In this document: positions 57,707 through 64,000 of the stretch, in pieces
How positions within the stretch are numbered: the first letter of the stretch is position 1
Layout of the letters: each line of letters starts with the position of its first letter
Source: Candidatus Binatia bacterium
Lineage (GTDB): Bacteria; Desulfobacterota; Binatia; UBA12015
DNA length: 64,000 nucleotides
Assembly: GCA_965658895.1 (NCBI GenBank)
Contig: CBFHUR010000011.1
Span: 9,275-73,274, forward strand
Reading direction: 5' to 3'
Position numbers and translations under genes: made by a program
Notes under the pieces: generated by a model
Database searches by the model: none
What the model was told of the DNA's origin: nothing
Seen by the model: the letters and a program-made list of their open reading frames with translations, nothing else

Positions 57707-58618
57707 GTGGAGGTGGATGTGGCTGGATCCGATGATCAAAAACTGCACGATTTTCTCGTGCATCTCGACACCGAGAGGCGGAGTTCCAGCCACACCGTGC
57801 GTGCCTACCGCATGGAAATCGAGCGCCTGATTGCGGCAATCGGGGCCGATGGAGGGACCGATTGGGTTGCGGTCAGCACCGATGATCTCCGCCGATTCCT
57901 TGCCGACCGATCCGAACATGTCGGCCGGCGCACCATGGGACGGACGGTAAGCGTGCTGAAGAGTTTTTTCAGCTACCTGCGACGCATGGGGACGATCGAG
58001 CACAACCCGGCCGAACCGCTCAAGCTCCCGAAGTACCCGAAAGCCCTGCCCCGTGCCTTGCCCGAGGACACCCTCGGTGCGGCGTTCAAACCGCGCATCA
58101 CCGGAGATGGGCTGCGCGACCTGCGGAACCTGGCCTTGCTCGAGGTGCTTTATGGAAGCGGCTTGCGCGCCAGCGAGAGTGTCGGTCTCGATTGGTGCGA
58201 TCTCGAGCCGCGTCGCTCCACCCTGCATATCCGCAGCGGCAAGGGCGGAAAGGACCGCATCGTGCCGACCACGCGGGCCGCCGTGGAAACTCTCCAGGCG
58301 CTTCGGAGCGCCCAGCAAACCTCCGGTGCCACCGATGGACGCACGCCAATTTTTCGCAATCAACGAGGCTCCCGGCTGCACGTCCGCAGTGTCGGACGCA
58401 TCGTGGGCGATTTTCTGGATCAGGCAGGCCTGCCCCATGTCACACCCCACGCCCTGCGCCATAGCTGTGCCACCCATTTGCTCGATTCGGGCGCCGATCT
58501 CCGATCCATTCAGGACCTTCTCGGCCACGCCAGCCTCGCGACCACCCAGAAATATACCCACGTCAGCCTTGGAAAATTGCGCCTTGTCTACGAGGATTGT
58601 CATCCAAGAGCGCGATAA
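57707..58618 (+). CDS. xerC: Tyrosine recombinase XerC
   Basis: LYGSGLRASE, GKGGKDR, PHALRHSCATHLL, LLGH, TQKYTH; xerC-hslVU synteny. Confidence 0.88.
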   Translation: MEVDVAGSDDQKLHDFLVHLDTERRSSSHTVRAYRMEIERLIAAIGADGGTDWVAVSTDDLRRFLADRSEHVGRRTMGRTVSVLKSFFSYLRRMGTIEHNPAEPLKLPKYPKALPRALPEDTLGAAFKPRITGDGLRDLRNLALLEVLYGSGLRASESVGLDWCDLEPRRSTLHIRSGKGGKDRIVPTTRAAVETLQALRSAQQTSGATDGRTPIFRNQRGSRLHVRSVGRIVGDFLDQAGLPHVTPHALRHSCATHLLDSGADLRSIQDLLGHASLATTQKYTHVSLGKLRLVYEDCHPRAR

Positions 58619-58657
58619 AGCCTAGACAAGTACCCCGGGCATGCTTAACGAACTCGC

Positions 58658-59235
58658 GTGAGCCAACAAGATTCCAGAATCGTGCCCCATGCGACAACGA
58701 TTCTCGCCGTTCGCCGCGGGCAAATGACCTGTATCGCGGGTGACGGCCAGGTCAGCCTCGGGGATACCATCATGAAGCGCGGAGCCCGGAAAGTCCGCCG
58801 TCTGTATCAGGACCGCATCCTGGCCGGCTTTGCCGGGGCCTCGGCCGACGCCTTTACGCTTTTTGAACGGTTCGAACAAAAACTCGAGGAACATCGAGGC
58901 CAACTCCGCCGCTCCGCGGTGGAACTCGCCAAGGACTGGCGCTCGGATCGAGCGCTTCGTCGCCTCGAGGCGATGTTGATCGTTGCCGACCATGAAGACA
59001 TGCTGTTGGTCTCGGGGACTGGTGATGTGATTGAGCCCGACGCACTGCCGGAGGGTGCCAGCACCATCGCCACGGGCAGCGGAGGCACTTACGCGCTTGC
59101 CGCATCCCGTGCGATGCTGCAGCACAGCGACCTCAATGCCGAACAGATTGCGCGCGGCGCGATGCAGATTGCCTCTGATATTTGTGTCTATACCAACGAC
59201 CAATTGGTCGTTGAGCAATTGGGAGACGACAGCGA

Positions 59236-59239
<4 letters not shown>
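58658..59239 (+). CDS. hslV: ATP-dependent protease subunit HslV
   Basis: [37 protein letters not shown]. Confidence 0.98.
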
Positions 59240-60630
<1,391 letters not shown>

Positions 60631-60731
60631 GACCCGACGTGGTTCGTCCCCAGAGTCAGGTTCGACGGGCGTATAATCGAAGTCGAGGCGGATTCGTTGC
60701 GTTTCCGAGGCGCTTTCCGTAATTCCGAGTC

Positions 60732-61613
60732 GTGGACCACGCCACCAGAATCAAGAACGCCGAGATGCTCCTCGAGGCTTTGCCTTATATCAAGCGCTTC
60801 GCGGGCAAGACGGTCGTCATCAAATATGGCGGCAATGCCATGATTGCCGACGACCTGCAGGAGGCCTTTGCCGAGGACCTCGTACTACTGAAATACGTGG
60901 GCATCCACCCGGTGGTCGTCCATGGTGGCGGCCCCCAGATCAACAGCATGCTCGAAGAGCTCTCGATCGAGTCCCGTTTCGTCGGCGGCATGCGTGTCAC
61001 GGACGATGCCACGATGCGGGTCGTCGAGATGGTGCTCGCAGGAGAAATCAACGCGCAGATCGTGACCAACATCCAGAAGGCCGGAGGTCGCGCGGCGGGA
61101 TTCTCCGGCAAGGACGGCGGGCTGCTGCGGGCCAAGAAGCTCGCCCACGAAGCCGGTGACCTGGGCCACGTTGGAGAGATCCTTTCGGTCGACCCCGGAC
61201 TTATTCGGGCAATGGAAAGTGATGATTTCATTCCGGTGATCGCACCCGTAGGGAGCGGCGAAGACGGGCAGAGCTTCAATATCAATGCTGATACCGCGGC
61301 GGGTCGGATCGCCGAGGCCCTCGGTGCCGAGAAGTTCCTTCTCCTCACCGATGTGGAGGGCATTCTCGACCGCGACAAGAAGCTGATCAATTCGCTCGAT
61401 GCCAGGCAAGCCGCCGCGTTGATTGCAGACGGAACGATCGAGGGGGGCATGCTTCCCAAGATCGACTGCTGTCTGCAGGCGCTGCGGGGCGGCGTCTCTC
61501 AGGTCCACGTGATCGACGGGCGGATCAAACACGCGCTACTCCTGGAGCTCTTCACCGACTCCGGCGTCGGAACAGCCGTGCATCTCCCGCCCACGTCTGG
61601 AGCCGGAGCGTGA
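60732..61613 (+). CDS. argB: Acetylglutamate kinase
   Basis: [31 protein letters not shown]. Confidence 0.97.
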   Translation: MDHATRIKNAEMLLEALPYIKRFAGKTVVIKYGGNAMIADDLQEAFAEDLVLLKYVGIHPVVVHGGGPQINSMLEELSIESRFVGGMRVTDDATMRVVEMVLAGEINAQIVTNIQKAGGRAAGFSGKDGGLLRAKKLAHEAGDLGHVGEILSVDPGLIRAMESDDFIPVIAPVGSGEDGQSFNINADTAAGRIAEALGAEKFLLLTDVEGILDRDKKLINSLDARQAAALIADGTIEGGMLPKIDCCLQALRGGVSQVHVIDGRIKHALLLELFTDSGVGTAVHLPPTSGAGA

Positions 61614-62827
61614 ACTCGAGTCCGACAGGCAAGACCTTGTCTACCCCCGAGGTCATCGCGGAGAATCGGAATCACCTTCTTCAGGTGTATGGACGCGAGG
61701 AGATTGTCTTTGTCTCCGGCAAAGGGGCTGAACTCACGACCGCCGAAGGCAACCGCGTGCTGGACTTTTTCTCGAGCATCCTCTGCACCAATCTCGGCCA
61801 TTGTCACCCGGCTGTGACCGCCGCCATCCAACAGCAGGCCGCCACACTGGTCCATATCTCCAACCTGCACCACAGCCTGCCCCAGACCGCCCTTGCCCGC
61901 CTGCTGGTCGAGAACTCTTTCGGAGAACGGGTATTTCTCTGCAACAGCGGCGCAGAAGCCAACGAGGCGGCGATCAAGCTGGCACGTCGCTACGGGCAAG
62001 CCCATGGCGGGCGCTACGAGATCCTGACAGCGCTGGGCTCCTTCCACGGCCGCACCATGGCCACCATCGCCGCCACCGGCCAGGAAAAGGTTCGGGTGGG
62101 TTACGAACCGAACCTCGAGGGATTCCGGTACGCGCCCTTCGGGGACCTCGAAGCGATCCGGCAACTCGTCTCGCCAGCAACAACCGCCATCATGGTCGAG
62201 CCCATTCAGGGCGAAGGCGGCATTATCGTCCCGCCGCCGGACTACCTGCAGGGACTCCGTGACCTATGCGATGCGGCCGACCTGCTGTTGATCTTTGACG
62301 AGGTACAGACAGGATGCGGACGGACCGGCACACTGTTTGCCTATGAAGATTCCGGCGTGGAACCCGACCTGATGACGCTCGCCAAGGGGATCGCCAACGG
62401 AATGCCTGCCGGAGCACTTTGCGCCGGCCCTCGCGCGGCCGATGCCTTCGATCTCGGAGCACATGGGTCGACGTTCGGCGGCAATTGCGTCACCAACGCC
62501 GCAGCCGTTGCCACGTTGCAAACGCTGATCGACGGCCACACGCTGCCGCGCTGTCGCGAGGCCGGGACCAGGCTCGAAGAAGGCCTGCGCGAACTGGCAC
62601 GGGAATTCCCGGACCTCGCCCGCGAGGTGCGTGGCCGCGGCCTCATGCTGGGAATGCAAATCCGGGACGCCGAGGCGGCACGAAAAATTGCGACCGCATG
62701 CCTGAACGACGGATTGTTGATCAATGTGACCGGAAACGGGGTCCTCCGGATTGCACCACCGTTGATCGTAACCGATCATGAGATCGAGGAGGGCCTGGCC
62801 ATCCTGAAAGGAGCATTCAGGCAATGA
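61610..62827 (+). CDS. argD: Acetylornithine aminotransferase
   Basis: [37 protein letters not shown]; arg operon context. Confidence 0.93.
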   Translation: MNSSPTGKTLSTPEVIAENRNHLLQVYGREEIVFVSGKGAELTTAEGNRVLDFFSSILCTNLGHCHPAVTAAIQQQAATLVHISNLHHSLPQTALARLLVENSFGERVFLCNSGAEANEAAIKLARRYGQAHGGRYEILTALGSFHGRTMATIAATGQEKVRVGYEPNLEGFRYAPFGDLEAIRQLVSPATTAIMVEPIQGEGGIIVPPPDYLQGLRDLCDAADLLLIFDEVQTGCGRTGTLFAYEDSGVEPDLMTLAKGIANGMPAGALCAGPRAADAFDLGAHGSTFGGNCVTNAAAVATLQTLIDGHTLPRCREAGTRLEEGLRELAREFPDLAREVRGRGLMLGMQIRDAEAARKIATACLNDGLLINVTGNGVLRIAPPLIVTDHEIEEGLAILKGAFRQ

Positions 62828-63753
62828 AGAGGGATTTGGTATCGCTTGCCGACCTGAGCCGTGAGGAGATCCAGAATCTCCTCGATCACGCCGCTCGCCT
62901 GAAGGCGCGGCTGGCAGAGGGAATTTACGACGCGCCACTCGCGAGCCGCACGCTCGCCATGATTTTCGAGAAACCCAGCCTGCGCACGCGGGTCACCTTC
63001 GAGACCGGCATCCAGCAACTGGGGGGCACCGCGGTCTATCTGGCGCCGGCCGACATTCAGCTCGGCGCGCGCGAGACCGTCGGCGACATCGCCCGCAACC
63101 TCTCGCGTTGGGTGGACTTGATCATGGCCCGGACCTATTCCCATGCGGTTTTGGAAGAGCTCGCCGAGGCCTCCAGCGTTCCGGTCATCAATGGGCTGAG
63201 CGACCTCTTGCACCCCTGCCAGGTGCTGGCCGACGCGCAGACCCTCATGGAGCGGTTCCAACGGCTCGACGGCCTGAAGGTCGCCTTCATCGGTGACGGC
63301 AATAATGTGGTCAATTCCTGGCTGAATCTTGCCGGTAAATATGACCTGGACTTCCGGCTCGCCTGCCCCGTCGGGTACGAGCCCACTTCCGAGATCCTCG
63401 AGCAGGCACGATCCGCGGGCAGCGGCAGAATCGAGATCACCAACGACCCCTTGGCTGCCTGCGACGGCGTGGATGCGGTCTATACCGACGTCTGGACCAG
63501 CATGGGGCAGGAAGAAGAGACTCAGCTACGCCGGGCTGCCTTCGCCGGCTATCAGGTCAATCAGGAGCTGATGAACCGCGCCGAGAAACATGCGCTGGTG
63601 ATGCATTGCCTGCCCGCCCATCGCGGCGAGGAGATCTCGGCCGAAGTTCTCGACGGCCCCAATTCGGTGGTATTCGATCAGGCCGAGAATCGGCTGCATG
63701 CACAGAAAGCCGTAATGTGCTGGCTTGAACAAACCCGCGGCGGAAACCGCTGA
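62824..63753 (+). CDS. argF: Ornithine carbamoyltransferase
   Basis: FEKPSLRT, HPCQ, YTDVWTSMGQE, HCLPAHRG, QAENRLH. Confidence 0.97.
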   Translation: MKRDLVSLADLSREEIQNLLDHAARLKARLAEGIYDAPLASRTLAMIFEKPSLRTRVTFETGIQQLGGTAVYLAPADIQLGARETVGDIARNLSRWVDLIMARTYSHAVLEELAEASSVPVINGLSDLLHPCQVLADAQTLMERFQRLDGLKVAFIGDGNNVVNSWLNLAGKYDLDFRLACPVGYEPTSEILEQARSAGSGRIEITNDPLAACDGVDAVYTDVWTSMGQEEETQLRRAAFAGYQVNQELMNRAEKHALVMHCLPAHRGEEISAEVLDGPNSVVFDQAENRLHAQKAVMCWLEQTRGGNR

Positions 63754-63765
63754 GAGACGGATGGA

Positions 63766-64000
63766 ATGAAGAAGAAAATCGACAAAATCGTGCTGGCCTA
63801 CTCCGGCGGCCTCGACACCTCTGTCATTCTCGGTTGGCTCCGCGAGGAGTACGGCGCCGAGGTGGTCGCCTATTGCGCCGACGTCGGACAGGGGGAAGAA
63901 CTCGATCCCGTCCGTGAGAAAGCCGTGGCTGCCGGCGCCTGCGATGTCTTCATCGAGGACCTTACCGAGCAATTCGTTGCCGATTACGTGTTCCCCATGC
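63766..64000 (+). CDS. argG: Argininosuccinate synthase (runs off the right edge)
   Basis: Manual translation [25 protein letters not shown]...ADVGQGEEL. Confidence 0.96.
   Translation, partial: MKKKIDKIVLAYSGGLDTSVILGWLREEYGAEVVAYCADVGQGEELDPVREKAVAAGACDVFIEDLTEQFVADYVFPM

Noticed and set aside
57707-58618. Tyrosine recombinase as a mobile-element integrase
   Set aside because: Length, motifs and xerC-hslVU-argB synteny indicate chromosomal XerC. No att-like repeats or cargo nearby.
60672-60677. Perfect TATAAT upstream of argB; possible ARG box
   Set aside because: No matching -35 or extended -10, and no ArgR-type palindrome seen. Not enough to call.
63761-63769. ATG-GAA-TGA mini-ORF overlapping the argG start
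   Set aside because: Two codons only; most simply a by-product of the GGA SD-like sequence.

Overview
Compact, high-GC (judged by eye, not computed) bacterial core-chromosome segment with about 58 tightly packed CDSs. I found no rRNA, tRNA, CRISPR array, IS element or prophage. Gene content and order (gatCAB, xerC-hslVU-argBDFG, DUF4911, DUF3467, exeAB) suggest a deltaproteobacterial-grade lineage such as Myxococcota or Binatota (inference). Housekeeping genes: serS (partial), gatCAB, HU, secA, murI, engB, mtnA, dusB, uvrD-like helicase, ptsP, PBP1A, tatBC, xerC, hslVU, argBDF and partial argG. Non-routine loci: (1) a translationally coupled triad of a membrane-anchored DUF2760 protein with GrpE-like features and two atypical Hsp70 ATPases (one with a DUF3731-type tail) and no J-protein, the best candidate for an uncharacterised system; (2) ethylmalonyl-CoA pathway genes (ecm/meaA, probable mcd) divergent from a 3-hydroxybutyryl-CoA dehydrogenase across a perfect sigma54 -24/-12 site; (3) a DUF3467-TusA-MerR/TPR-ComM run divergent from uvrD; (4) a coupled GT9-epimerase-radical SAM trio beside an acyl-CoA ligase, a Zn-ribbon/OB-fold protein and a non-canonical thiolase; (5) a sensorless histidine kinase with an altered H-box; (6) repeated -35/17/-10/6-7nt/ATG geometry suggesting leaderless mRNAs. 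Family names come from motif recognition, not database searches, and several start codons were re-assigned by eye.
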